Positions 30,057 to 39,990 of a stretch of DNA of 64,000 nucleotides are shown here, in pieces (position 1 is the first letter of the stretch; every line of letters starts with the position of its first letter). The stretch is taken from NCBI GenBank assembly GCA_000438075.1, contig FR903536.1, positions 30,937 to 94,936 of the forward strand, in the 5' to 3' direction. The stretch comes from Clostridium sp. CAG:609 (lineage in GTDB: Bacteria > Bacillota_I > Bacilli_A > RF39 > UBA660). The translations under genes were made by a program, and so were the position numbers. The notes under the pieces were generated by a model. It did not search any database, was not told the origin of the DNA, and saw only the letters and a program-made list of their open reading frames with translations.

Positions 30057-31511
30057 CTACCTCAACTTTATATATTTAAGTGGATTTTGGAATTGATAAC
30101 TTCCATGATATGGCCAACCAATTGAAACCCCTAAATGCAAATGAACACCAAATGCTAAACCAGTTTCACCCATTTCACCAATTTTATCACCAGTTTTAAC
30201 TTTTTGACCAACTCTAACAGTTTGTTTATACATGTGAGCATATTGAGTATATATATTATTAGCATGTTCAATTATAACATAGTTACCATCTAGACTTCTA
30301 AAATTAACTTCTACAACTGTTCCTTCATCAACGGCATATATTGGTGATCTAAATCCTGTACCAGATATATCTATTCCTAAATGCATTTTACCACCACGCC
30401 ATCCATAAGGACTTGTTATCATATATGGATAATTTGTTGGAAGTCCCCAAACATAATTGCCACTTCCATATTTTCTACCAACAGTTATTTCTTCCTTAAT
30501 CATTTCTCTGATAACTTCATTTTTTAACACTGTTGCTTCACTTGATGTATTTCCATTTACAACTTCATAAGTATCGTGAACTAATGATAAACCGCTGACA
30601 CCAGCTCTAGTAGGTTCTTTATAACTTGGATCTTTAGTTTCATCAACAACTGTTTCTGTTGTATAAGGAGTTTCATTTTCACTTATTTCATAAATATTAT
30701 AAGTTAATGTAACCACCGGATTAATCAAAGTAACATTAACAGTGCTTCCTACTGCAAGCATCGCATTTTCACTCTTATAATTAGGATTAGCAATTAAAAA
30801 TTCTTGTGAATTTATCATATTTTCTTCACTAATACTTGCAATACTATCACCAGTTTTAACTACATAAGTATCCATCTTAGCATCAGGTCCAAACAATAAA
30901 TATTGACTTAAATCATCTGCATCAGTATAAATTTTCTTCTTAATACTTATATAACCTTCTTTAATTGTAATAGATTCACTAAAATACATATTACTAATTA
31001 CTTTACCTATTTCAGTTATACTTCTATGTCCATCATTATATTCTTCAAATTGTTCTTCAGTAATAAATGATAAGACAAATGTCTTTAACGCTTCTTCAAA
31101 AACTTTTTTATCTAAAACATTAATAACAATATTCTTCTTATCTTTGTCTTTTGGTTTAATAGTTATAATATAACCTTTAACTGTAAAATCATCTGCATTT
31201 TCAATTTTTCTATAAATTTCATTAACCCCCATGTATGAATCATCAAATGTTTTAGTTTCTACTATATCAAGTCCATCCGGAGGATAAACATAATCAACCT
31301 TATATTCATCTTTTATATTTTGTTGTTCTTTATTAATTAAATTATATAATGCATCCTTATTTTCAATCATACCAATTTCTTTACCATTTAGATAAATCTG
31401 ATATGCTATATTTGCATCAACATATTTATAACCATATTTTTCATCAATAATATATACTATTAAAATAAAGATTGATATTATAGCAGCTATAATTTTACTT
31501 TTATTATTCAT
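30057..31511 (-). CDS. membrane-anchored M23 family peptidoglycan metalloendopeptidase
   Basis: N-terminal TM helix. C-terminal HLGIDISG...GNYVIIEH...YAHM...GVHLH LytM-type motifs. Confidence 0.88.
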   Translation of the reverse strand: MNNKSKIIAAIISIFILIVYIIDEKYGYKYVDANIAYQIYLNGKEIGMIENKDALYNLINKEQQNIKDEYKVDYVYPPDGLDIVETKTFDDSYMGVNEIYRKIENADDFTVKGYIITIKPKDKDKKNIVINVLDKKVFEEALKTFVLSFITEEQFEEYNDGHRSITEIGKVISNMYFSESITIKEGYISIKKKIYTDADDLSQYLLFGPDAKMDTYVVKTGDSIASISEENMINSQEFLIANPNYKSENAMLAVGSTVNVTLINPVVTLTYNIYEISENETPYTTETVVDETKDPSYKEPTRAGVSGLSLVHDTYEVVNGNTSSEATVLKNEVIREMIKEEITVGRKYGSGNYVWGLPTNYPYMITSPYGWRGGKMHLGIDISGTGFRSPIYAVDEGTVVEVNFRSLDGNYVIIEHANNIYTQYAHMYKQTVRVGQKVKTGDKIGEMGETGLAFGVHLHLGVSIGWPYHGSYQFQNPLKYIKLR

Positions 31512-32847
31512 TTTCTTCTCCAGCTCCTTTTAATTGACTTTTAAAACTACTCATGTTAAGTTCAAATAATAAGTTAACTGTTCCTAGTCCTCCTTTTCTG
31601 TGCTTAGCAATTATTAATTCTGCCGGCACAATTTTTTGATTAAAATCTTTTGCTTTTTCATAATAATCTTTACGATTAATGAAAAGTACCATATCTGCAT
31701 CTTGTTCTAGTGATCCAGATTCACGTAAGTCAGCAAGCATTGGTTGATTACTTTCACGTTTTTCAGCACTTCTTGATAATTGTGATAATGCAATAACAGG
31801 TACACCAAGTTCCAAAGCCATTGTTTTTAAAGATCTTGATATTTCAGATACTTCAACTTGACGAGATTCAACTCTTCTTGAACCAGAACTAACTAATTGT
31901 AAGTAGTCGATTACAACCAAACCAAGACCATTTTCACTATTTGCAAGTCTTCTACATTTAGCTCTAATTTCTTGAGCAGTAACACCTGCATTATCTTCAA
32001 TATAAATATTGGTATCAGCAAGTTGAGATAAAGCTTCATTATATCTTTTCCAATCTTTTTCTTGCATATTACCAGTTTGTAGTTTATATGCATCTATTTG
32101 ACCAATAGATGAAATCATACGATTAATTAGCATTTCCGCAGACATTTCTAAGTTAAATATTGCAACCGCTTTTTTTGTATGAGTTGCAGCATAAGCAGCC
32201 ATATTTAATGCTAAAGCAGTCTTTCCCATACCGGGACGAGCAGCTAATATAATCATTTCGCCACCTTGAAAACCAGTTGTTATTTTATCAAAATCTGGAA
32301 ATCCAGTTTCTATACCTGTTATACTTCTTTTATTTTTAGCAAGTTCTTCTAACTTTGCTTGAGCTCTTCTAAGTATTTCACTTATTGGAACAAAATCACC
32401 AACACTTCTTGCTCTAACAACATTTAAAATGTTTTTTTCTGCATTATCAAGCAAACTATTAACATCTTCTTCATCATATGTTTTTGTTATAATATCACTT
32501 GCAGTTTCAATTAAATTTCTTCTTACAGCATAGTCTTTAATAATTTTAATATAAAAATCTAAATTAGCATCAGTTACAACACTATCAATTACTTCAGTTA
32601 AATAATCATATCCAACTGCATTAAACTTTTTATCTTTATCTAATTCATTTCTTAGTGTTGTTATATCAATCGGGGTTTTACTTTCGTACATATTTTTTAT
32701 TGCATTAAATATATATTTGTTTCTTTCATCAAAAAACATATCCGCAGTAACTTCTTCAACTATTTTTGCAACTTCACTACTGTTTAAAAAAGCAACACCT
32801 AAAACACTCATCTCAGCTTCTTTATTCTGAGGCATACTTCTTGCCAT
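31504..32847 (-). CDS. dnaB: replicative DNA helicase
   Basis: PQNKEAEMSVLG N-terminus, Walker A ARPGMGKTA, and IDYLQL Walker B region. Confidence 0.95.
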   Translation of the reverse strand: MARSMPQNKEAEMSVLGVAFLNSSEVAKIVEEVTADMFFDERNKYIFNAIKNMYESKTPIDITTLRNELDKDKKFNAVGYDYLTEVIDSVVTDANLDFYIKIIKDYAVRRNLIETASDIITKTYDEEDVNSLLDNAEKNILNVVRARSVGDFVPISEILRRAQAKLEELAKNKRSITGIETGFPDFDKITTGFQGGEMIILAARPGMGKTALALNMAAYAATHTKKAVAIFNLEMSAEMLINRMISSIGQIDAYKLQTGNMQEKDWKRYNEALSQLADTNIYIEDNAGVTAQEIRAKCRRLANSENGLGLVVIDYLQLVSSGSRRVESRQVEVSEISRSLKTMALELGVPVIALSQLSRSAEKRESNQPMLADLRESGSLEQDADMVLFINRKDYYEKAKDFNQKIVPAELIIAKHRKGGLGTVNLLFELNMSSFKSQLKGAGEENE

Positions 32848-32856
32848 AAAACCTCC

Positions 32857-33297
32857 TTACTTAACTAATTCAACATTAATTTTAAATTTTACTTTTTTGT
32901 GTAATTCAATACTAACTTGAGTAATTCCTAAAGAACTAATCGCAGTATCAATCTTGATACACTTCTTATCAATATTAAATCCTTTTTCTTTTAATTTATC
33001 AGCTATTTGTTTACTTGAAATAGTACCAAATACTTTATCTTGAGCACCAGTTTTAACTTTAAATGTAATAGTTTTATCATTTAATTTATTTTTAACTTCA
33101 TTTAAACTTGCTACCAATGCATCTTCATTTTTTTGTTTTACATCTAATTCTTCACTTAGAATTTCACTACTTCTTTTTGTATAAGGAACAGCTAAATTAT
33201 TTTTAATTAAATAGTTATTAGCATAACCATCACTTACATTAATTACACTATCTTTTTTTCCTTTTCCTTTAACGTCACTTAATAAAATTACTTTCAT
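32857..33297 (-). CDS. rplI: 50S ribosomal protein L9
   Basis: MKVILLSDVKGKGKK start, 146 aa, upstream of dnaB. Confidence 0.93.
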   Translation of the reverse strand: MKVILLSDVKGKGKKDSVINVSDGYANNYLIKNNLAVPYTKRSSEILSEELDVKQKNEDALVASLNEVKNKLNDKTITFKVKTGAQDKVFGTISSKQIADKLKEKGFNIDKKCIKIDTAISSLGITQVSIELHKKVKFKINVELVK

Positions 33298-33365
33298 TTA
33301 AAAGACCTCCTTTAAGTAAAATATATTATATCATGAACTTATAAAAAATACAAAATATTTGATTA

Positions 33366-34742
33366 TTAAAATCTAAAATATATAAATGGATTATAACTTG
33401 ATGCTAAAATACTTATAATACTTATAATAAATAAGATAATTATGTATATGTCACTAAATTTATTTTTCTTATCAAATATTGGTTTAAAAATTGGTGTACT
33501 TGCAAACGCTGAAAGAACAAATATGATAATAGTTTTTAGTTTAAATATTTGATAATGAGTAAATATCATCATATTACCTAGACCATGAGCACCAAATAAA
33601 GTTTTAATAGCTTCGATTAGAGTACTAGTATCAGTAAAGTAAAATATTATAAAACCAAATGTTACTAAACTAAATGTATACAAGTGACCTAGAAAAGCTG
33701 GTAATTTATCTATTTTTTTGAAAATAAATTTTTCTAAAACTAATAAGATAAAGTAGAAAAGTCCCCAAAAAACAAAGTTCCAACTTGCACCATGCCATAA
33801 ACCAGTTAATGCCCAAACTACAAACAAATTAAATATATGTCGAACTCTTTTGCATCTATTACCACCCAAAGGTATATAAACATAATCCCTAAAGAATGTT
33901 GATAAAGATATGTGCCATCTTCTCCAGAAATCTGTAATAGTTCTTGCAACATATGGGTAATTGAAGTTTTCAAGATAATTAAATCCAAGCATTTTACCTA
34001 AACCAATTGCCATATCACTATATCCAGAAAAATCAAAATATATTTGGAAAGTAAAAGCAACACCACCAACAATCATACCAATGGTACCCAAAGATGCAAT
34101 GCTAGATCCAAATAATGTATCAGCAACATAAGCCATTTCATTAGCAATAACACATTTTTTAAACAAACCAATAATGAACCTTCTTATACCAGTTGCAAAA
34201 CCTTCTATATCTTCGCATCTATCATTTAATTCCTCATTAACAGTTTCATATCTAACAATCGGACCTGCAATTAGCTGAGGAAAAGCACTAATATAACAAC
34301 CTAAATTAATAATACTTTTTTGAACAGGTACCTTAGATTTATAAACATCAATAACATAAGTAAGAATTTGAAAAGTATAAAATGAAATACCAATTGGTAA
34401 ACTTATACTTAAAAACTTAATATTTAAATTGAATAAATTGTTAATATTATCTAAAAAGAAATTTGTATATTTAAAGAAAAATAATAAACCAAGATTAAAT
34501 ACTAAATCTATTATTAACCACTTTTTAGGTTTACTAGATTTATCCATCCATAACACAATAAAGTAATTTACTATTATAGATAAAATCATCAAAAGAACAT
34601 AAATTGGTTCACCGTATCCATAAAATAATAATGAAAAAATTAATAATACAATGTTCTTAGTTTTTCTTTTTTTAGGAATAAAATAACAAAGAAGAAATGT
34701 TGGTAAAAATAAGAACAGGAATATTAAACTTGAAAAAACCAT
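33366..34742 (-). CDS. MBOAT family O-acyltransferase (AlgI/DltB/PatA-like)
   Basis: Polytopic protein with WRRWHISLSTFFRDYVYIPLGGNR, which contains the conserved His. Confidence 0.88.
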   Translation of the reverse strand: MVFSSLIFLFLFLPTFLLCYFIPKKRKTKNIVLLIFSLLFYGYGEPIYVLLMILSIIVNYFIVLWMDKSSKPKKWLIIDLVFNLGLLFFFKYTNFFLDNINNLFNLNIKFLSISLPIGISFYTFQILTYVIDVYKSKVPVQKSIINLGCYISAFPQLIAGPIVRYETVNEELNDRCEDIEGFATGIRRFIIGLFKKCVIANEMAYVADTLFGSSIASLGTIGMIVGGVAFTFQIYFDFSGYSDMAIGLGKMLGFNYLENFNYPYVARTITDFWRRWHISLSTFFRDYVYIPLGGNRCKRVRHIFNLFVVWALTGLWHGASWNFVFWGLFYFILLVLEKFIFKKIDKLPAFLGHLYTFSLVTFGFIIFYFTDTSTLIEAIKTLFGAHGLGNMMIFTHYQIFKLKTIIIFVLSAFASTPIFKPIFDKKNKFSDIYIIILFIISIISILASSYNPFIYFRF

Positions 34743-35929
34743 TATTTAACCCTCCCTTCAAAGTTATAATTGTATTGATCAAACAATGTTGAACCACCAT
34801 CATATAAGAATAAAACTTTTGATATATTATTGTTTTTAACATAACTTGATAAATCAAAAACATTATCTTTAAATTCATCATATCTTAAGTTGATAACATG
34901 TGTTTTGTTAAAATGTTGAGCAAGTAAATAATCTATTTGCCATGTATAAGAATCTCCTACAATTAAAAGATTTTCTTTTGAAGCATTATTAAAATCATAC
35001 ACTACTTTTCCATATTGACCATTAAAATATGAAACATAATAATCATAATACTTATAATCACGATCAAGTCTTATTTCACGTGGTTTAAATATTTCTTCAG
35101 GCATCGTATCATTAACTATCACCTTATAAGTTGGATTATAATTAATATCAGATATATAATCATAAATTATATCATTTAAAGCAGTCTTTGCCATTGAACC
35201 ATAATATTTACGTTCTTTTTTTTCTGCAATTTTATAAGTGTTATTATCAGTTATATCAAACATATCCAATATATCATAATAACCATTTAATGCACCATTT
35301 ATATTCCAGTGATGATCTGTTTTATAAAACTTATTTTTATAGTCATCCACTGAATCAATATTCATCACTTTTACATGAACATTTTTATTTAACCCAGTAA
35401 CAAAATCTGCTACGTAAGAATTTAAATTATCATTTGCTAAAATAGTAAATTCATATCTAGTTGGTAAATAAATGTATAAAGAAACTTTATCACTCAAATT
35501 ATTAAAAAAGTTAAGTTGAATATTAAGTCTATCATTTAATTCTTCATGAGTGTATTTTCCCTTTAAATAATAAAACTCATCTTTTTTATTATAAAATATA
35601 TATTCTCCATCAGAATTTGTACGTACAGGTATATCATCATAAATTAAGCTATTACCATAAAAATTAATATTTTGATATATTTCATTTAAATCATTATAAA
35701 AAGGAAAATAATTAGTAAACTTATTTTCAATAGAATTTTCTATACTACCAATTTTATTATTTAATTTATCAACAATATTATTTTCCGTCTTTTTTTGATA
35801 TGTTGTAAAATTATCATGGTTAATAGAAATAAAACCTAATTTATTTAATAAGAAATTACATGGTATAGCTAAAAATATACCAAATATAATTACTAAAAAT
35901 GCAACTATCAAATATTTATCTTTTTTCAT
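34742..35929 (-). CDS. DHHW-motif protein (AlgX/AlgJ/PatB-like partner of MBOAT)
   Basis: N-terminal anchor and YKTDHHWNINGA motif. Start set at MKKDKYL (35929) after GGAG. Its stop overlaps the start of the MBOAT gene. Confidence 0.8.
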   Translation of the reverse strand: MKKDKYLIVAFLVIIFGIFLAIPCNFLLNKLGFISINHDNFTTYQKKTENNIVDKLNNKIGSIENSIENKFTNYFPFYNDLNEIYQNINFYGNSLIYDDIPVRTNSDGEYIFYNKKDEFYYLKGKYTHEELNDRLNIQLNFFNNLSDKVSLYIYLPTRYEFTILANDNLNSYVADFVTGLNKNVHVKVMNIDSVDDYKNKFYKTDHHWNINGALNGYYDILDMFDITDNNTYKIAEKKERKYYGSMAKTALNDIIYDYISDINYNPTYKVIVNDTMPEEIFKPREIRLDRDYKYYDYYVSYFNGQYGKVVYDFNNASKENLLIVGDSYTWQIDYLLAQHFNKTHVINLRYDEFKDNVFDLSSYVKNNNISKVLFLYDGGSTLFDQYNYNFEGRVK

Positions 35930-35990
35930 AATTAGACTCCTTAATTTCATCCCTATATATATTTTATCACACAATGCGACTGGAGCATAG

Positions 35991-36013
35991 AAAAACTCAC
36001 CAAAATGGTGAGT
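35991..36013 (-). terminator. intrinsic terminator after rpsR
   Basis: Minus strand ACUCACCA-UUU-UGGUGAGU followed by UUUUUCU. Confidence 0.7.
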
Positions 36014-36016
36014 AAA

Positions 36017-36232
36017 TTATTTAACGTATGGAACTAAAGCCATAAATCTAGCATACTTAATTTGTTCTGCTATATGTCTTTGATGTTTTGCACATGCTCC
36101 AGTCATTCTTCTTGGTAATATTTTACCTTTTTCATTAATGTATTTATTAATAATCATTACATCTTTGTAATCAACACTTTTGCCGGCACACATTTGACAT
36201 ATTTTCTTTTTCTTACGATAAAATTCTGCCAT
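36017..36232 (-). CDS. rpsR: 30S ribosomal protein S18
   Basis: [49 protein letters not shown]. Confidence 0.95.
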   Translation of the reverse strand: MAEFYRKKKKICQMCAGKSVDYKDVMIINKYINEKGKILPRRMTGACAKHQRHIAEQIKYARFMALVPYVK

Positions 36233-36255
36233 GTTATATTCCTCCTTCTTAAAAA

Positions 36256-36750
36256 TTAAAATGGTAAATCATCACTACTTAAAGTAAATTCGTCCCCAAA
36301 ATCTTTATAAGGATCTTCACTAATATCAGTTGTTTCAACTGCAGGCATTGGAGCTGGTGAAGGATTGTAACTTGATGTAGTGTTACTTACAGGTGCACTA
36401 TAACCTGATGTAGATGCAGTAGCACCATCGTTACGAGAACCACCTAAGAATTCAAAGCTATCAACAATAATTTCAGTTGTATACCTTTTTGTTCCATCTT
36501 GGGCATCGTAACTGCTGTTACGAATTCTTCCTTGAGCCAGTACCATTTGACCTTTTTTACAATATCTATTAATTGTTTGAGCAGTTCTATTAAATGCAAC
36601 ACAATTGATGAATTCTGTGTCTCTTTGACCATCCCTATTAACGAAGTCACTTTGACATGCTAGTGAAAACCTTGATATTTCCATATTCCCTTGAGTCATT
36701 CTAGACTCAGGATCTCTTGTAAATCTTCCTGTTAAAATTACTTTGTTCAT
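36256..36750 (-). CDS. ssb: single-stranded DNA-binding protein
   Basis: [17 protein letters not shown]-fold start, Gly/Ser/Pro-rich linker, and C-terminal DDLPF tip. AAGGAG lies 7 nt before ATG 36750. Confidence 0.95.
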   Translation of the reverse strand: MNKVILTGRFTRDPESRMTQGNMEISRFSLACQSDFVNRDGQRDTEFINCVAFNRTAQTINRYCKKGQMVLAQGRIRNSSYDAQDGTKRYTTEIIVDSFEFLGGSRNDGATASTSGYSAPVSNTTSSYNPSPAPMPAVETTDISEDPYKDFGDEFTLSSDDLPF

Positions 36751-36751
36751 G

Positions 36752-37042
36752 TTATTCTCCTTCAACTTTGATAATTAAATGTCTTAATACATTTTCATTA
36801 ATAGTTACTTTTCTATCAAATTCTGCTAAAGTTTCATGTGTAGCTTCAACATTCATTACAAAATAATATCCACTAACTTCCTTCTTGATTGGATATGCTA
36901 ATTTTTTTCTACCCATTTCTTTGAATTCAACAACTTTAGATGGTTTAATGTTTATAAGTTTTTGTAAATCTTCACTAGTCTTTTTGATAGTTTCTTCATC
37001 TAGAGTAGATTTTACGATAAACATTATTTCATATTTATTCAT
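36752..37042 (-). CDS. rpsF: 30S ribosomal protein S6
   Basis: MNKYEIMFIVKSTLDEE start. rpsF-ssb-rpsR synteny. Confidence 0.95.
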   Translation of the reverse strand: MNKYEIMFIVKSTLDEETIKKTSEDLQKLINIKPSKVVEFKEMGRKKLAYPIKKEVSGYYFVMNVEATHETLAEFDRKVTINENVLRHLIIKVEGE

Positions 37043-37112
37043 TGTTTTTTCACCTCCTTACGGTCTTTCGGCTTCAAGATAAAACATGAAGCAAGGAGCC
37101 ATTTCCTTTTTT
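37043..37112 (-). promoter_or_regulatory. rpsF 5' leader with an SD-sequestering hairpin (candidate S6:S18 autoregulatory leader)
   Basis: On the RNA, CUCCUU (37093-37098) can pair with the SD AAGGAG (37053-37059). An inner stem GCUUCA/UGAAGC (37087-37092 / 37071-37076) and an internal loop CGAAAGACCGU complete the structure. Confidence 0.5.
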
Positions 37113-37120
37113 CTTCAAGT

Positions 37121-37129
37121 ATTATACCA
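37121..37129 (-). promoter_or_regulatory. extended -10 element (TGGTATAAT) of the proximal rpsF promoter
   Basis: Exact TGnTATAAT on the minus strand, ~80 nt upstream of the rpsF ATG. No good -35 is present. Confidence 0.55.
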
Positions 37130-37511
37130 AATAAATATTAAAAAAACAAGCCAAAAATACCGAAAAAAGCAATAAAGTTAGTGATAATGTAATCAAAGTT
37201 TTTTACCACCTCACGGTGATAAATTTCTGCTTCACGGGAATCCCTTCCTCCACAGACCAAATTCGGATTCAGCCAACCCTACTTAAAATTATAATCCATA
37301 CGCTATTATAAATGGCAGATGAGAATTATATTAACATATGTCTATACATAAAGTCAAGTAATTTCAAAAATTTTTTAATTCATTTTTTTTAGGCAAATCA
37401 TTTACAAAAGGCAGTGATAATTCGCCATACTATCTAGTAATATCTTTCTAAGAAGATATTGCAAAATTACAAAAGAATTGTTACTGGGTCCCTATTGTCA
37501 ATGAGAAACTT

Positions 37512-37536
37512 AAAAAATCACATTAAAAAAATGTGA
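37512..37536 (-). terminator. intrinsic terminator after the RDD-family gene
   Basis: Minus strand UCACAU-UUUUUUA-AUGUGA followed by UUUUUU, immediately after the stop codon. The stem is AT-rich and only 6 bp. Confidence 0.5.
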
Positions 37537-37538
37537 AA

Positions 37539-38213
37539 TTATTTCTTCACACTTTTCTTCTTATTTATTTTTTGTTCTTTTTCTTTAATTGATTCTTTTT
37601 TTACATCTGTTACTGTAGATACAATAGCTGCAGAATTTAAATCTATTACTTTTGTATTTGCTAACATATCATGAAGACCACGATTATCACTTCTAAACAT
37701 AACCATAATCAAGTTTACCATGTACATCGTATTACTTAAAAGTCCAATAATTGAACCTACCCTATAAAATACATTTGAGTTAAAAGCAAACACACAAATA
37801 ATATTTATTAACATTAGCCAAACATTATTTAAAATTAATACCCTTAATAAGTAATTACCGATATTTAAACTTTTATCATTGTTACTTACAACTTTTAACT
37901 TCATTAATTTTTTTCCTGGAGTTTGACCTTTCAAAGCATATTGTAAAACTCCGAAATACAAAACCAAGGTAACAATTGTTATCCCAGAACTTACCGCACC
38001 ATTTCGATAAGTTTTATAATTTAATTCTTTGTAATAATCTAAATCATATGAACTACTTCCAGTATTAAGTTCTTTTGTTACTTCCAAAAGTTCTTTATTT
38101 AATGAAGCATACTCATCTCTATAAGGATCTAACTTACAAACTAAATCAGCTATAACTAATACTAAACATAAATCAATAATAAATGCTATAATTCTTTTTA
38201 AACTTGTATCCAT
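37539..38213 (-). CDS. RDD family membrane protein
   Basis: IIAFIIDL, GQTPGKKLMKLKVV and NRGLHDMLANTKVI motifs. Confidence 0.8.
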   Translation of the reverse strand: MDTSLKRIIAFIIDLCLVLVIADLVCKLDPYRDEYASLNKELLEVTKELNTGSSSYDLDYYKELNYKTYRNGAVSSGITIVTLVLYFGVLQYALKGQTPGKKLMKLKVVSNNDKSLNIGNYLLRVLILNNVWLMLINIICVFAFNSNVFYRVGSIIGLLSNTMYMVNLIMVMFRSDNRGLHDMLANTKVIDLNSAAIVSTVTDVKKESIKEKEQKINKKKSVKK

Positions 38214-38215
38214 AA

Positions 38216-38863
38216 TTAATCCTTATTATTTGCAAATATTTCTAATAAATGTAAGAAAATATTAATAAAATCTAAATATAATTCTAAAGCTCCATAAATT
38301 GCTAAATTATCTTCAGGTAATCCAGAACTTTCTAAAGACTTAATCTTTTGAACATCATATGCTGTAATACCAATAAATATTAACAAACATATAACACTTA
38401 AAACTAATGTTAAAGTATCACTTCCAATAAAAATATTAAATATTGATACAATAATTACACCAAGAAGTGCCATTAGTAAGTAAAAACCTATCTTAGATAA
38501 ATCAGCATTCGTAGTATATCCAATTAAAGCCATGATTCCAAATACAACAGATGCTATTAAAAATACATACATAATACTAGATAAGTTATAAACAACAAAT
38601 ATACTTGAAAAAGTAAGACCACTAACAAAAGCGTAAAGTAAAAAACTAATCTTTGCACCTGTTGGACTCATTTTAAATACTCTTGCAGATAAATATATTA
38701 CTAAAAGAAATTCTGCAATAATACATACCCAATAAAAACCTCCACTAAAAATATTAGCAAGCATTTTTTCATTTGATGCAACACCAAATCCAGTAACGAA
38801 TGTTGTCAAAAGACCAATACACATCCATATAAATGATTTACTAATTAACTTATTATCTTCCAT
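38216..38863 (-). CDS. Bax inhibitor-1/YccA family membrane protein
   Basis: Seven TM helices and a C-terminal LYLDFINIFLHLLEIF motif. Confidence 0.8.
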   Translation of the reverse strand: MEDNKLISKSFIWMCIGLLTTFVTGFGVASNEKMLANIFSGGFYWVCIIAEFLLVIYLSARVFKMSPTGAKISFLLYAFVSGLTFSSIFVVYNLSSIMYVFLIASVVFGIMALIGYTTNADLSKIGFYLLMALLGVIIVSIFNIFIGSDTLTLVLSVICLLIFIGITAYDVQKIKSLESSGLPEDNLAIYGALELYLDFINIFLHLLEIFANNKD

Positions 38864-38877
38864 TTTTCTCCCTCCTT

Positions 38878-39978
38878 TTAAACATTAAATCGAAAATAAC
38901 AAATATCTCCATCTTTTAATTCATATTCTTTTCCTTCAATACGAAGCTTACCAGCATCTTTAACTGCTTTTTCACTACCTAAACTTTCTAAATCTTCAAA
39001 AGTCATAACTTCAGCTCTAATAAAACCTCTTTCAATATCACTATGAATCAATCCAGCACATTCTGGTGCTTTCATTCCTTGTCTAAAAGTCCAAGCTCTA
39101 ACTTCATCACTACCTGCAGTAAAGAATGTGGCTAAGCCTAATAAATTATATGTAGCAAAAATAAGTTTATCTAATCCACTAGATTTAATTCCTATTTCTT
39201 GTAAAAATAAATCTTTTTCTTCATTTTCTAAACCAGCTAAATCAGCTTCTAATTTAGAACACATTACAATTACACCAGATCCTTCAGCTTCTGCATAATT
39301 CTTAACTTGTACAGAATATTCATTATCACCAACTGCCACATCATCTTCATTAACATTAGCAACATATATAATTGGTTTAATTGTTAAGAAACTAAAATTT
39401 TTTAATATTTTTTTCTCATCTTTATCGAATCCAATTCTTCTTAAAGGAGTATTTGCTTCCAAAGCAGTTTTACATCTTTTTAATACATTAACTTCAGCTA
39501 ATGCATCTTTATCTTTTGTTGTGACAGCTTTCTTTTCAATTTTATCTATTCTATTATTTATAACATCTAAATCCGCAAGTACCAACTCAATATTTATTAC
39601 TTCAATATCACTTATTGGATCAACCTTACCTGTTACATGAGTAACATTAGGATCACTAAAACATCTAACAACTTCAACAATTGCATCACATTCTCTAATG
39701 TGTGATAAAAACTTATTACCAAGACCTTCTCCTTTAGATGCTCCTGCAACTAATCCTGCTATATCAGTAAATTCAAATGTTGTTGGCACAACACTTTTAG
39801 GATTATACATGTTTTTTAAAAATTCTACTCTTGTATCAGGAACAAACACCATTCCTACATTAGGTTCTATTGTTGCAAATGGATAATTCGCAGCCAATAT
39901 ATTTTGTTTAGTAATAGCATTAAATAATGTTGATTTACCAACATTAGGTAATCCTACTATTCCAGCTTTTAAACTCAT
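38878..39978 (-). CDS. ychF: redox-regulated ATPase YchF
   Basis: GIVGLPNVGKSTLFNA P-loop, 366 aa, and a C-terminal TGS-like domain ending DGDICYFRFNV. Confidence 0.95.
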   Translation of the reverse strand: MSLKAGIVGLPNVGKSTLFNAITKQNILAANYPFATIEPNVGMVFVPDTRVEFLKNMYNPKSVVPTTFEFTDIAGLVAGASKGEGLGNKFLSHIRECDAIVEVVRCFSDPNVTHVTGKVDPISDIEVINIELVLADLDVINNRIDKIEKKAVTTKDKDALAEVNVLKRCKTALEANTPLRRIGFDKDEKKILKNFSFLTIKPIIYVANVNEDDVAVGDNEYSVQVKNYAEAEGSGVIVMCSKLEADLAGLENEEKDLFLQEIGIKSSGLDKLIFATYNLLGLATFFTAGSDEVRAWTFRQGMKAPECAGLIHSDIERGFIRAEVMTFEDLESLGSEKAVKDAGKLRIEGKEYELKDGDICYFRFNV

Positions 39979-39990
39979 AAAATAACCTCC

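Noticed and set aside
37200-37300. Possible SRP (4.5S/scRNA) gene, suggested by a GAAGCAG string and a GNRA hairpin
   Set aside because: The conserved helix-8 arrangement (GGUC-AGG-UCC-GGAA-GGA-AGCA-GCC) cannot be reproduced. The loops flanking the GGAA-GGGA-UUCC hairpin are the wrong size and sequence. The region is kept only as an unassigned candidate RNA.
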